Source of the DNA: Longimicrobiales bacterium
Lineage (GTDB): Bacteria; Gemmatimonadota; Gemmatimonadetes; Longimicrobiales; Gaopeijiaceae
DNA: 64,000 bases
Assembly (NCBI GenBank): GCA_963664435.2
Contig: CAXXKM010000001.1
Location: forward strand, 480,001-544,000
Reading direction: 5' to 3'
Positions 9,419 to 20,535 of the stretch are shown here, in pieces. Position 1 is the first letter of the stretch. Each line of letters begins with the position of its first letter. Both the position numbers and the translations under genes were made by a program. Under the pieces are notes generated by a model. That model searched no databases and was not told the DNA's origin. It saw only the letters and a program-made list of their open reading frames with translations.

Positions 9419-10717
9419 TCACATTTGACGCTGGCCAAGATCGGCTGCCAGCGCCCGGGCCTGCGCGAGCCGGCCCGCCAGCCCCGGGCGGCTCTCCCAG
9501 TTCGCGGCCACATGGATTCCCGTCGGCAGGCGGAGCCCCTCGAGCGCCGACCAGGACCGGTCCCAGGCCGGCATCGACTGACGCGCGACTGCGACCGGCT
9601 GGGCTTCGAACCTGGTGCATCGGTGGAATTCGGCGGCAGCGAGTTCGCCCAGCGAGTGATCGTCGCTCTCCACGGCACGGCCGTGAGTCGAGCCGCCCAG
9701 GTAGGCGGTATACAAGCCGGTGCGGTCGGCACGCCCCCGCCCGCGGGGTGTCGTCCCGCCTGCACCGAACAGGCTGTGGTTGAAGGTGACGCCCCGCAGG
9801 GGCCTGGATTCCGCGAGCGACATCTGGAAGCCCAACCCCCGGAGAGACGTCTCGGAGCGCAGACACACGACCGCGAGGGGATTGTAGCGCAGGCCGGCGA
9901 TGCGTGACGCGGCCTCGGGGGCGACCTGGCCGAGGAGCGTGGCGGCGGCGCGGGCCGGCACGGTCAGGACGACGTGCTCGGCAGCCAGCGATTCACTGTC
10001 CAGCACCACGTTCCAGCCACCTCTCCCGGGCTCGATCGCCCGCACCGGGGTGCTCAGCCGGATGCGGTCGCCCAGGGTTCCGGCCAGGGCGAACGGCAAG
10101 GTCTGCATCCCGTCCGCAAAGGAGCAGGCCGGGGGCGGACGCAGCCGTCCGCCGCGGGACAGGAACGGGCGCAGGAGGCTCCGCCGGGTTCCCATCGCGC
10201 GCAGCAGACGCCCGAGAGACAGTCCCACCACCATGTCCTTCGGATCGGAGCCGTAGAGCCCGCCGTAGAGGGGCCCGACGACATGCTCATACACCTCCCG
10301 GCCGAGCTTGCGCGTGAAGAACCCCGCCACGCTCTCGTCGTCGCGGGGGCCGGCGGTGAATGGCTCGAGCAGCGTTCTCAGCCTGCCCCGCGAGCTCACG
10401 GCGTCCGATGCGAGAAAGCCGCCGAGCGAGAGCGGCACCCGCCGGAGGCGGGCGTCCCGGCAGATGAAGAAGTCGAGGTCCGGCGGGGCGAGAAGAAGCT
10501 GGTCACCAAGGCCCAGATCGTGTGTCAGGCCCGCGAAGAGGTCGCTGAGGCGTGCCCGCTGTGGTCCCCAATCCAGCAGCAACCCATCCTTGCGCTCGCT
10601 GCGGATCACTCCCCCCGGCTCATCTGCGGCTTCCAGCACCACGAACTCGCGGTTCCGCAACGCCAGCTCACGGCCCAGGGCGAGACCGGTGATGCCGCCT
10701 CCGACGATCGCGATCAA
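9419..10717 (-). CDS. hemY: Coproporphyrinogen/protoporphyrinogen oxidase (HemY/CgoX)
   Basis: IVGGGITGL FAD motif, E..DEPGG, DDESVAGFFTRKLG; TTG start overlaps the hemH stop (TTGA). Confidence 0.9.
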   Translation of the reverse strand: MIAIVGGGITGLALGRELALRNREFVVLEAADEPGGVIRSERKDGLLLDWGPQRARLSDLFAGLTHDLGLGDQLLLAPPDLDFFICRDARLRRVPLSLGGFLASDAVSSRGRLRTLLEPFTAGPRDDESVAGFFTRKLGREVYEHVVGPLYGGLYGSDPKDMVVGLSLGRLLRAMGTRRSLLRPFLSRGGRLRPPPACSFADGMQTLPFALAGTLGDRIRLSTPVRAIEPGRGGWNVVLDSESLAAEHVVLTVPARAAATLLGQVAPEAASRIAGLRYNPLAVVCLRSETSLRGLGFQMSLAESRPLRGVTFNHSLFGAGGTTPRGRGRADRTGLYTAYLGGSTHGRAVESDDHSLGELAAAEFHRCTRFEAQPVAVARQSMPAWDRSWSALEGLRLPTGIHVAANWESRPGLAGRLAQARALAADLGQRQM

Positions 10718-11889
10718 GGGGGGAGTTCGGGGCTCGGGCTGGAGGACCGGCTCGGGCTGGAGGACGGCCTCGAGCTGGAGGCCGGACCCGGCCTGCAGGC
10801 GGGGCTCGATTCGGGGTCGGGGTGCGGCCCGATGTACGGGCTTGGAGGGAGATCGCGCGCGCCGTTGGTGCACCAGGTGCCGGGAACCGGCCGGCATCGA
10901 CAGGACGCCAGCGGCACCTCCTCCACCCAGGACTGGCCAAGAGCCTGGCCCACCAGGTCGACCAGCACACCGGCGAAGCGGGGATCGCCGTGCGGGACCG
11001 GGACCCGGTACATCTCCTTGCCCAGCTCCTCGACCTCCGCCCGCAGCTCGCGGTCAAGTTCGTCGAGGGTCTCCGACTGCTCGTGGATGAAGCTGACGGC
11101 ATCCACCACCAGGCGCCGCTCCGCGAGCGTCCGGATGCGCTCTTCATTGTCCGGTCGGGTCCAGGCGATGCGCCGGTTGGTGTGGTTCTGGAAACCGACG
11201 GCGAACCGGTCGCCGACCCCCAGGGCAGTGGCGATGTCCCGGCAGTGCTCTTCCACGTAGCGGTCGTAGCGGTTGCCCTCCGTGACGTACTTCACGGGCG
11301 TGCCGTGGGCGGAGAAATAGAGGATCGTCCCGGGGTCCCGGAGATCGAGCTCCTGCTCGCGGACGAACGAACGGATGTGCTCCGCGCGCATCGCCAGATA
11401 GGCCGGATGCCGATGCCAGCCGGCGACTGCGATGAAGGGCACCGCCCAGTCCAGCTCTTCGAGGGCGTCCCGAACCGAGTCCAGGGCGGCGACCGTCGTC
11501 GACTGGCCACACATCGGGTAGACGGGCAGTCCAACCAGAACATCCGCGCGCTCGTCACGCGCCCGCGCCACGCCTTCGTCGATGAAGGGAGGCGTGAACT
11601 GGAAGACGGCGTGGACCTGCGCGTCCACGTCGCGAGCCACGAACTCCTCGCCCAGCGCCTCTGCCTGGGCGCGGGCCTGTTCTTCCAGGGGAGACCCGCC
11701 GATCGCCTGGTACGCTTCCATCAGCTGAGGCGCGCGGTCGGCTGCCAGCTGGGCAGCGCGCGCCCGGGCGGCCCGGTCGGCTTCAAGGTCGGCGTTCTGG
11801 AGGAAGATGCGCTCCAGGAAGGGCGTGACCTGCTCCAGCACGGGCTCTGCCGGTTCGCCGAAGTTGATCAGGAGGACGGCGATTCTCAC
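10714..11889 (-). CDS. hemH: Ferrochelatase (coproporphyrin ferrochelatase)
   Basis: LLINFGEP, YQAIGGSPL, FSAHG, EQSETLDELD; strong SD AGGAGGTG. Confidence 0.92.
   Translation of the reverse strand: MRIAVLLINFGEPAEPVLEQVTPFLERIFLQNADLEADRAARARAAQLAADRAPQLMEAYQAIGGSPLEEQARAQAEALGEEFVARDVDAQVHAVFQFTPPFIDEGVARARDERADVLVGLPVYPMCGQSTTVAALDSVRDALEELDWAVPFIAVAGWHRHPAYLAMRAEHIRSFVREQELDLRDPGTILYFSAHGTPVKYVTEGNRYDRYVEEHCRDIATALGVGDRFAVGFQNHTNRRIAWTRPDNEERIRTLAERRLVVDAVSFIHEQSETLDELDRELRAEVEELGKEMYRVPVPHGDPRFAGVLVDLVGQALGQSWVEEVPLASCRCRPVPGTWCTNGARDLPPSPYIGPHPDPESSPACRPGPASSSRPSSSPSRSSSPSPELPP
10731..10820. repeat. Five degenerate 18-bp tandem repeats in the hemH 3' tail
   Basis: ggctcgggctggaggacc / ggctcgggctggaggacg / gcctcgagctggaggccg / gacccggcctgcaggcgg / ggctcgattcggggtcgg. 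Confidence 0.75.
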
Positions 11890-11994
11890 GACATCACCTC
11901 CTGTGGCATCTCCGAGCGGCCGTGCGAACCCCGCGGGGCGCCGGGAGGCTCGAGCGGGATGCGCCGTCGGAGGATGGCCGGGTTGCCATGGGCT

Positions 11995-13040
11995 CTAACC
12001 CGGGCCCGCGCGGGTGCGCTCGTGCACATGGTCGACAAGGCGCGCCACCTGGCCGGGGTCGGTGCGGCGGTCGATGCCATGCCCCAGGCTGAAGATGTGG
12101 CCCGCCAGCCCCTCGGCGTCCGCCAATACGGCATCGGCGGCGGCCAGCAGCGCCTCCGGCGGCCCGAAGAGTTCGGCCGGATCGAGGTTGCCCTGCAGGG
12201 CTCGCCCGCCGCCCAGCCGCGCATCGGCACGGTGCAGCGGCAGCGTCCAGTCGACGGCGAAAACGTCCATGTCGAGGTCCCGCATGCTACTGAGCAGCGC
12301 CCCTCCCCGGTTGGGGAAGTAGATGACCGGACAGTCGGTTCCGGCGCGCACCGTGGCAAAGGCCTCCTTCAGGACCGGATGGACGAAACGCCGGTAGCTC
12401 TCCCGACCGAGCATGCCGACCCAGGAGTCGAATAGCATGACGGCGTCGGCGCCGGCCCCCGCCTGGGCCACCAGATAGCGGGCCATCGACCGCCCCAGCG
12501 TCCTGAGCAGCGCCTGCGATGCTTCCGGTTCCCGGCGCAGGAAGCTGCGCGCGGTCATGAAGTCCTTGGAGCCACCGCCTTCGACCAGATAGCAGAAGAG
12601 CGTGAAGGGTGCGCCGGCGAAGCCGATGAGCGCAGCCTCCGGGCGGAGTTCCGACCGAACGGCGCGAATGGCTTCCAGCACGAAGGGCACGTCTGCCTCG
12701 GGCACCAGCTCCCGGACCGCGCGCGCCCTCTCCGGAGTGCGCACCGGCTCGGGGAGGACGGGGCCGGGCTTGAAGTCCACGCTGACGCCCATGGGGTCCA
12801 GCGGGGTCATGATGTCGCTGAAGAGGATCGAGGCGTCCATCTCGAAGCGCTGCATCGGCTGCAGCGTGATGCGGGCCGCGATCTCGGGGGTCCGGGTAGC
12901 CGTGACGAAGTCGACCGTTCGCCGCAGCTTGCGGTATTCCGGGAGGTAGCGTCCGGCCTGGCGCATGATCCACACGGGCGTGTGCGGCACGGGCAGACCG
13001 CGGGCGGCGCGCTCGAAGACGGTGGAGGTGTCGGATGCGT

Positions 13041-13044
<4 letters not shown>
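11995..13044 (-). CDS. hemE: Uroporphyrinogen decarboxylase
   Basis: PVWIMRQAGRYLPEY, ILFSDI, LIGFAGAPFT, LQGNLDP; ATGA overlap with hemL. Confidence 0.95.
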
Positions 13045-14383
<1,339 letters not shown>

Positions 14384-14387
<4 letters not shown>

Positions 14388-15274
14388 GGGCAGGCTCCCG
14401 AATGGCGTGCGGTGATGCGCCCGGGGCCGGGGCTGCCGAACAGCTCCACCAGCGCCTCGACCACGCCCTCCAGCGTGGCGGCAGCCGCCACCCGGACATC
14501 CGCGACTCCCCGCCGCTCCAGCGCCGCGGCGGTGGTGGGGCCGATGCACGCCACGGCGATCCCGGTCAGCGCCCGGGCGAGCTCACCGGCATGCGCGGGG
14601 TGGGCGGGCCCACGCGGCGCGGGATCCCCACCCAGCGCGCGGTCGACCGCTTCCACCGCCGAAGGGCTCGCGAAGGTCACCGCGTCCACCCCGGCGGCCA
14701 GGTCGGCGCGCACCCGCTCGGCGGGGGGCGGCGTCACCACCGTGCGGTAGGCCTCCACCCGGGTGACGCGGGCCCCCAGCGCGGTGAACTCCTCCTCCAG
14801 GGTGGGGCCAGCCCCCGAGGCGGCCGGAAAGAGCACGCGCGCGCCCGCAACCGGGAAGGTCGCGGCAACCCGGGCGGCCAGGCCGCGCGCGCCCGGCCCG
14901 CGCCCCTCCACCGCAACCGTCCAACCCGCCTCGGTGGCGGCGCGGGCGGTGGCGGGACCCACCGCGGCGACCCGGGGGGTGGGGGGGCCACCAGCAGCCG
15001 GCGCCATGGTCGCCCGCCCCTCCCCAACCGCCGCCACCGCGCGCGCGCTCGTAAATACCACCCAGTCGAACCGGTCGAGGCGCGCGAGCGCGGCTTCCAG
15101 GGGGGAGGGATCGCGGGGCGGGGGGTATTCGGAGGTGGGCCACGCCAGCACGCGCGCCCCCGCCATCTCGAGCAGAGCGCGCAGCCGGTCTTCTCCGGAC
15201 GCGCTGCGCGTCGTCACCACCCGCACGCCCGCGAGCGGCGGCGCGACCGGAACCGAGTCTCCCATGCGCCCCAT
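14384..15274 (-). CDS. hemD: Uroporphyrinogen-III synthase
   Basis: VVFTSARAV, AVGPATA, VEAYRT, FASPSAV, CIGPTTA. Confidence 0.88.
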
Positions 15275-15301
15275 CGCCCTGTCCCCAGGTGTCGAGTCAC
15301 C

Positions 15302-16009
15302 CTATCCCAGCGTGTCCAGCCACTCTTCGGGGCTCGTGAAGATCCCCGTGTGCAGCGGCGCGTCGCTCGCGGTGTAGCGCCTGCCCTCGGTGCCCCGCAA
15401 CTCGTGCACGAGCCGGGAGAAGAGCCGCAGATCATCCATCTCGTACACGACCACGAACTCCTGATCCTGGAGCCCGAACGAATACAGGAGCAGCTGCTTG
15501 ATGCGCCGGAACTGCTTCCCGATGCGGATGTGCTCGTTCATCATCCCCTGGCGCGTCTCCCGCCCGAAGAGATACCAGTCCGCCGTCTTGGTGAACGGGT
15601 AAACGACCAGGTACCGCCTGCGCTCCTCGGCGAAGGAATCGACCTCCTGGGCCGAGCGCGCCTTGCTGTACTCGGAGGGCCGCGTGTAGCCCCAGAGCGT
15701 GTTCACGGGCTCGACGATGTCCCGGTGCCGGCTCTCCGCCGCTGCCCGGCGCATGAAGTAGCGAGCCCCCGCCTCATCCTCCTCCGCGCGCACGGAACTC
15801 CACACCAGCACGTCGGCTCCCGCCTCGAGCCCCTGCAGCAGATAGGGATGGGCCAGGTCCGCAGCGGCGCGCACATCCTCGAACCACGCGCGGGCCCGCG
15901 CGCGCCTGTGAGCGCCTTCCATCTCCCAGAACCGCGCTGTGAAACGGTAGTTGGCGAAGTGCCCGAGCACGGTCGGGCGCATCTTGCCGGTTCCCTCGCT
16001 GTCGCTCAC
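15302..16009 (-). CDS. chdC: Coproheme decarboxylase (Cld/ChdC family)
   Basis: YPFTK..DWY, proximal EH, Gln rather than Arg at the distal site (IKQLLLYSFGL); first gene of the heme operon. Confidence 0.75.
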   Translation of the reverse strand: MSDSEGTGKMRPTVLGHFANYRFTARFWEMEGAHRRARARAWFEDVRAAADLAHPYLLQGLEAGADVLVWSSVRAEEDEAGARYFMRRAAAESRHRDIVEPVNTLWGYTRPSEYSKARSAQEVDSFAEERRRYLVVYPFTKTADWYLFGRETRQGMMNEHIRIGKQFRRIKQLLLYSFGLQDQEFVVVYEMDDLRLFSRLVHELRGTEGRRYTASDAPLHTGIFTSPEEWLDTLG

Positions 16010-16065
16010 TCCTCTTCCTCGCTGATGCCGATGTCGGATCCCGCGCCGACGAACTGATGTCTCAT

Positions 16066-16093
16066 GACAATAATACTGTTATCTACTGATAAC
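16066..16093 (-). promoter_or_regulatory. Putative heme-operon promoter with palindromic operator
   Basis: AT-rich patch with perfect inverted repeat GTTATC-TACT-GATAAC (16078-16093) and a TATTAT -10-like hexamer on the minus strand. Confidence 0.5.
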
Positions 16094-16108
16094 TTGCTCC
16101 GTTCGCGC

Positions 16109-17257
16109 CTACGACTTTGGAATCTGCTTGCCAGGGTCCACGAAGGGCCTCCGCACGACCGTGGCGTCCCGTTCACCGTCAAGGGTGGAAACGCGGAGGT
16201 GCGTGCCCAGCTCTCCGGAGGCCGCCGGCACCATTGCGTAACCGATGTTGCGGCCAAGGCGCGGCGAATGCACCGCCGACGTCACGAAGCCGATTTCCCG
16301 TCCGTCCCGCCGCACGGGCCAGCGCGTCATGTTGAGGTCGAGCGGGGCGCCCGAAATCTCGACTCCGGCAAGCAGCCGCGCCGGGCCCTCCGCGGCGATG
16401 CGGGCCAGCGCCTCGCGGCCGATGAAGTCGCCCTCCTGGCCGTGGTCCACCTGCCATCCGAGCCCGACCTCGTAGGGGTTGTTCTCCAGCGTCATGTCGA
16501 TGCCGTAGTTGAGGATGCCGGCCTCGATGCGGCGGATGTCCGAGGGCCCGGTGGGGGAAATCCCGAGATCGCGTCCTGCTTCCATCACGCGGTCCCAGAG
16601 TTCCATCCCCCGGCTGCCGTCCCGCAGGTAGATTTCATAGCCGACCTCGCCGCTCCACCCGGTGCGCGTCACAACCACCGGAATCCCGTCCAGGTCGGTG
16701 TCGGCGAACCAATAGTAACGCAACCCGCTCACCTCGTCCCCGAAGAGCCTGCGGATGACTTCCTTCGACTTCGGACCCTGCACCTGCATGGGCGACACAT
16801 CCGGCTCGCAGAGCTCGACATCGAGCCCGGAGTTGAGGGCGACTCCCTTCGCCCACAGCAGGACGTCGCTGTCCGCCAGCGCCAGCCAGAAGTGGTTCTC
16901 GCCCAGGCGCAGGAGCACCGGGTCGTTCACGATGCCGTCGTCCTCCGCGGTGATCAGGACGTACTTGCCCTGGCCGACGGCGCACCTGGAGAGGTCGCGC
17001 GGCGTGAGCAGGTTGGTGAACTCGAAGGCGTCCGGGCCGGTGATTTCGACCTGCCGCTCCACGCTCACGTCCCACACCGTGACCCCGGTGAGCAGCTTCT
17101 CGTACTCCGCGTGCAGGTCGTCGTACCGGGTGGGGAGGAACATGTGGTTGTAGACCGTATAGCTCCGGCACCCCGCGCGCAGGGTGGACTCGAAATAGGG
17201 CGATCTGCGCAGCCGGGCGCCGCGCTGGATCAGGGCCATGTCGAAGGTCGGGGACAT
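16109..17257 (-). CDS. DmdA-like THF-dependent methyltransferase (GcvT family)
   Basis: RLRRSPYF, YTVYNHMFLP, WDVSVERQVEITGPDA, NDPVLLRL, ADSD. Confidence 0.85.
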   Translation of the reverse strand: MSPTFDMALIQRGARLRRSPYFESTLRAGCRSYTVYNHMFLPTRYDDLHAEYEKLLTGVTVWDVSVERQVEITGPDAFEFTNLLTPRDLSRCAVGQGKYVLITAEDDGIVNDPVLLRLGENHFWLALADSDVLLWAKGVALNSGLDVELCEPDVSPMQVQGPKSKEVIRRLFGDEVSGLRYYWFADTDLDGIPVVVTRTGWSGEVGYEIYLRDGSRGMELWDRVMEAGRDLGISPTGPSDIRRIEAGILNYGIDMTLENNPYEVGLGWQVDHGQEGDFIGREALARIAAEGPARLLAGVEISGAPLDLNMTRWPVRRDGREIGFVTSAVHSPRLGRNIGYAMVPAASGELGTHLRVSTLDGERDATVVRRPFVDPGKQIPKS

Positions 17258-17318
17258 GAAGTTGGCTCCTCGGGCAGGTTTCAGGTCAGGTGTGGGCGAC
17301 TGGGGCGGGCTGCGCCGT

Positions 17319-18929
17319 TCACGTCTGGTCCCGCCCGCCCAAACGCGCGCCCAGCTTCCTGTCGCGCAAGATCTCGCGTGCGGCAAGCCGGCCCGCGCCG
17401 CCCGTGACTCCGCCTCCCGGATGGGTGCCCGAACCGCACAGGAACAGGCGTTCCACCGGTGTCCGGTACCGGCCCCATCCGGGGACCGGGCGCATGAACA
17501 GAAGCTGGTCGAGGCCCATCTGTCCGTGGTATTCGTCGCCGCCCGTAAGGCCGAGTTCGGTCTCGAAGTCGACCGGGGTGAGCAGGCGGTGGTCGACGAT
17601 CCGTGCGCGCAGGCCGGGAAGGAACTCCTCGAGCACATCGAGCGCGGAAGAGCGCAGCGCGTCGCGGATCGCGCCGTCCTCCCAGCTGCGGGAGCGCAGC
17701 CGCCAGGGGGCGTAGCGGATCTGGATGGAGGCCAAGTGGCGGCCTTCGGGCGCAAGGGTGGGATCGTGCAGCGTCGGAACCACCATGTCGAGATGCGGGC
17801 GCGCGGAGCAGCGACCGTACTTGGCGTCGTCGGCGGCCCGCTCCAGGTACTCGAGGTCCGGGGCCACCAGCGTGTGACCGGACAGCCGTTCCGCGGCGTC
17901 CGGGAGGGGCGGAAGCCCGTCGAGCAGCAGGTGCAGCGAGGCGGTGGTTCCGCTCAGCCGGATGTTCGTCACCTTGCGGTTGAACTCGGGGCCCAGCCGG
18001 GGCGCACCCACCAGCCCGAAGAAGGTGCGGCGCGGATCGACGCCCGAGACCACGCAGCTGGCCCGAATCTCCTCTCCGCCGGCCAGCAGCACGCCGGTAG
18101 CGACGCCGTCCTCCATGAGGATGCTCTCCACTTCGGCGTCGGTGCGAACCTCCGCTCCATGGCTGCGCGCGGCCGCCTCCAGCGCCTCGGAGAGCACGCC
18201 CACGCCGCCCTTGACGAAGACCGAGGAGCGAAAACCGCAGGCTTCGGTCCCGGTTGCGTGGTAGACCATGCGGAAGGCGCCGCCCATGGCGCTCGGACCC
18301 TGGCGCGCACCCAGCAGGCCGGTCGTGCCCAGCATCCCCTTGAGTGCATCGCCCGCGAACCAGTCGTCGAGGAGGTCGCGTGCCGACATCGGAAGCACGC
18401 GCAGCAGCTCCACGACCGTGCGTTTGCCGAGCCGGCCGGCGCGCAGGAGGGGACGGAGCAGGCGCAGGCGGCCCCGGGCGGACGCGTCCTGAAGAACCGG
18501 GGGCGCGTGGTCCAGCGCGACCCGCAGCACCCGCGCCATCGAGCGCAGGTAGTCGGTCCAGTCGGGAAAGCGCGCCGCGTCCGCCCGACCGTGGTGCGCG
18601 ATCTCGTCGCGTGTGCGTCCGGGATTGCGCCAGAGCGTCAGCGCGTCTCCGCCACCGGTGAGCGACGTCGCCACCGCGGGGGGATGCACCCACTCGAGCC
18701 CGCGGGCCTCGAGACCGAGGTCGGCGACGATCTCGCGCCGAAAGAGGCCCGCGTCCTGTGCGGCCAGGTTGACCCGGCAGCCCGGGAAGACTTCCTCGGT
18801 GGCCGCCGCGCCCCCGACGACGCCGCGGCGCTCGAGCACCAGCACCTCCCACCCCTCGCGGGCGAGCAGTGCGGCGGCTACCAGGGCGTTGTGCCCCGCG
18901 CCCACAACGACCGCGTCGTAGCCGCTCAC
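17319..18929 (-). CDS. FAD-dependent oxidoreductase, phytoene desaturase/PYROXD2-like
   Basis: VVVGAGHNALVAA, GGAAATEE, LERAADDAKYG, LCGSGTHPGGG. Confidence 0.88.
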   Translation of the reverse strand: MSGYDAVVVGAGHNALVAAALLAREGWEVLVLERRGVVGGAAATEEVFPGCRVNLAAQDAGLFRREIVADLGLEARGLEWVHPPAVATSLTGGGDALTLWRNPGRTRDEIAHHGRADAARFPDWTDYLRSMARVLRVALDHAPPVLQDASARGRLRLLRPLLRAGRLGKRTVVELLRVLPMSARDLLDDWFAGDALKGMLGTTGLLGARQGPSAMGGAFRMVYHATGTEACGFRSSVFVKGGVGVLSEALEAAARSHGAEVRTDAEVESILMEDGVATGVLLAGGEEIRASCVVSGVDPRRTFFGLVGAPRLGPEFNRKVTNIRLSGTTASLHLLLDGLPPLPDAAERLSGHTLVAPDLEYLERAADDAKYGRCSARPHLDMVVPTLHDPTLAPEGRHLASIQIRYAPWRLRSRSWEDGAIRDALRSSALDVLEEFLPGLRARIVDHRLLTPVDFETELGLTGGDEYHGQMGLDQLLFMRPVPGWGRYRTPVERLFLCGSGTHPGGGVTGGAGRLAAREILRDRKLGARLGGRDQT

Positions 18930-20530
18930 CGTCCCCTCCCCCGCCGTCCCCTCCCCAGGTCGGCGAGCACGGTGCCGGCCGCAAGCTTGCCCGGGGCACC
19001 CATGATGCCGCCGCCGGGGTGGGTCCCCGAGCCGCACTGGTAGTAGCCCCGCACCGGCGTGCGGTACTTCGCGTACCCGGCGGCCGGCCGCAGGAAGAAG
19101 AGCTGCGACGGGCTCAGCTCACCCTGGAAGATGTTGCCCTGCGAAAGCCCCGTGGTGCGCTCGATGTCCAGCGGCGTGAGCACCTGACGGTGCAGGATGA
19201 TGTCCTTCAGGTTCGGGACGTAGCGGGCCAGCGTGTCGACCACGGTGTCGCCGAAGGCCTCGCGCCTGTCGTCCCAGTTCCCCTCGCGCAACTCGTAGGG
19301 CGCGTACTGGACGAAGCACGACATGACGTGCTTTCCGGGAGGGGCCATTCCGGGATCGATCGCCGAGGGGATGACGATGTCGATGTAGGGCTCCTTCGAG
19401 AAGTCCCCGTACTTCGCGTCGTCGTACGCGCGCTCCAGGTAGTCGAGGGAGGGGCTGATGGAGACGGCGCCGCGCAGATGGGGGCCGTGGCCGGGCATGC
19501 AGGAGAAGTCGGGGGCGGCGTCGAGCGCCAGGTTGACCTTGCCGGACGAGCCACGGAAGCGGAAGGCGCGCACGGCGCGGAGGAGCTCGCCGGGGAGTTC
19601 GTGCTCTTCGACCAGGTCGAGGAAGGTGCGCCGGGGGTCGAGGCTGGAGGAGACGACCTTCCCGTGCACCTCGTCCCCGCTGGCGAGCGCCACGCCGGTG
19701 ACGCGTCCGTTCCGGACGAGCACCCGGGCGACCGGCGCGTCGGTGCGGATTTCGGCGCCGGCCTCGCGCGCGGCCGAAGCGATCGCCTCCGCCACCGCCC
19801 CGGTCCCGCCCCTGGCGAAGCCCCACGCGCGGAAGTGCCCGTCGATCTCCCCCATGTAGTGGTGGAGCAGCACGTAGGCGGTGCCCGGCGAGCGGGGGCC
19901 CAGGAAGGTCCCGATGATGCCGCTCGCCGAGAGGGTGGCCTTGAGCACGTCGGTCTCGAACCACTCGTCGAGGAAATCCGCCGCGCTCATGGTCATCAGC
20001 TTCACCAGCAGGTGCAGCTGTTCGGGATCCAGCCCCAAGAAGTGCCGGGCCAGCCCGATCAGGCCGGAGATGTCGCGAGGGCCGAGGCGCGCGGGGTCGG
20101 GCGGTACGATGTCGAGCAGGTACTTCACCGCGCGCGCCATGAAGAAGAGCGACCGACCGTAGTCGTCGTAGGCCTCGGCGTCGCGCACGGAGAAGCGCGC
20201 GATCTCGCGCCAGCTGCGGTAGTGATCGCCGTCGCGGTAGAGGCGGTCGCCGTCCGGGAGCGGGGTGAGCGTGCTCTCGAGCGGCAGAATGGTGAGCCCG
20301 TGGCGGGGCAGATCCAGCTCACGGATGATCTCCGGGCGCATCAGGCTGACCACGTACGAGAAGACGCTGTAGCGGAAGCCCGGGAAGATCTCCTCGGTGA
20401 CGGTGGCGCCCCCCACCATCGGCCGCGCCTCCAGCACGCACACGTCCAGCCCGGCGCGCGCCAGGTAGGCCGCGTGCACCAGGCCGTTGTGCCCGCCACC
20501 GATCACGATCGCGTCGTAGCTGCGCGCCAT
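18926..20530 (-). CDS. FAD-dependent oxidoreductase, phytoene desaturase/PYROXD2-like
   Basis: IVIGGGHNGLV, GGATVTEE, SYVVSL, YLERAYDDAKYG, CGSGTHPGGGIMG. Confidence 0.9.
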   Translation of the reverse strand: MARSYDAIVIGGGHNGLVHAAYLARAGLDVCVLEARPMVGGATVTEEIFPGFRYSVFSYVVSLMRPEIIRELDLPRHGLTILPLESTLTPLPDGDRLYRDGDHYRSWREIARFSVRDAEAYDDYGRSLFFMARAVKYLLDIVPPDPARLGPRDISGLIGLARHFLGLDPEQLHLLVKLMTMSAADFLDEWFETDVLKATLSASGIIGTFLGPRSPGTAYVLLHHYMGEIDGHFRAWGFARGGTGAVAEAIASAAREAGAEIRTDAPVARVLVRNGRVTGVALASGDEVHGKVVSSSLDPRRTFLDLVEEHELPGELLRAVRAFRFRGSSGKVNLALDAAPDFSCMPGHGPHLRGAVSISPSLDYLERAYDDAKYGDFSKEPYIDIVIPSAIDPGMAPPGKHVMSCFVQYAPYELREGNWDDRREAFGDTVVDTLARYVPNLKDIILHRQVLTPLDIERTTGLSQGNIFQGELSPSQLFFLRPAAGYAKYRTPVRGYYQCGSGTHPGGGIMGAPGKLAAGTVLADLGRGRRGRGR

Positions 20531-20535
20531 CGGCC

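Noticed and set aside
10718..10897. 184-bp hemH/hemY dual-coding overlap implied by the ORF track
   Set aside because: A TTG at 10717 directly before the FAD motif gives a normal 4-bp overlap.
15302..16009. Chlorite dismutase
   Set aside because: Lacks the distal Arg and sits in a heme operon; ChdC fits better.
16109..17257. Bona fide dmdA
   Set aside because: Has TRTGWSGEVG and PSDIRRIE where, as I recall, verified DmdA has RSGWSKQGG and PNLIERIE; treated as a sister clade and given no symbol.
17319..20530. Carotenoid biosynthesis (crtI/crtO)
   Set aside because: No crtB/crtE nearby; context is GcvT-family genes.
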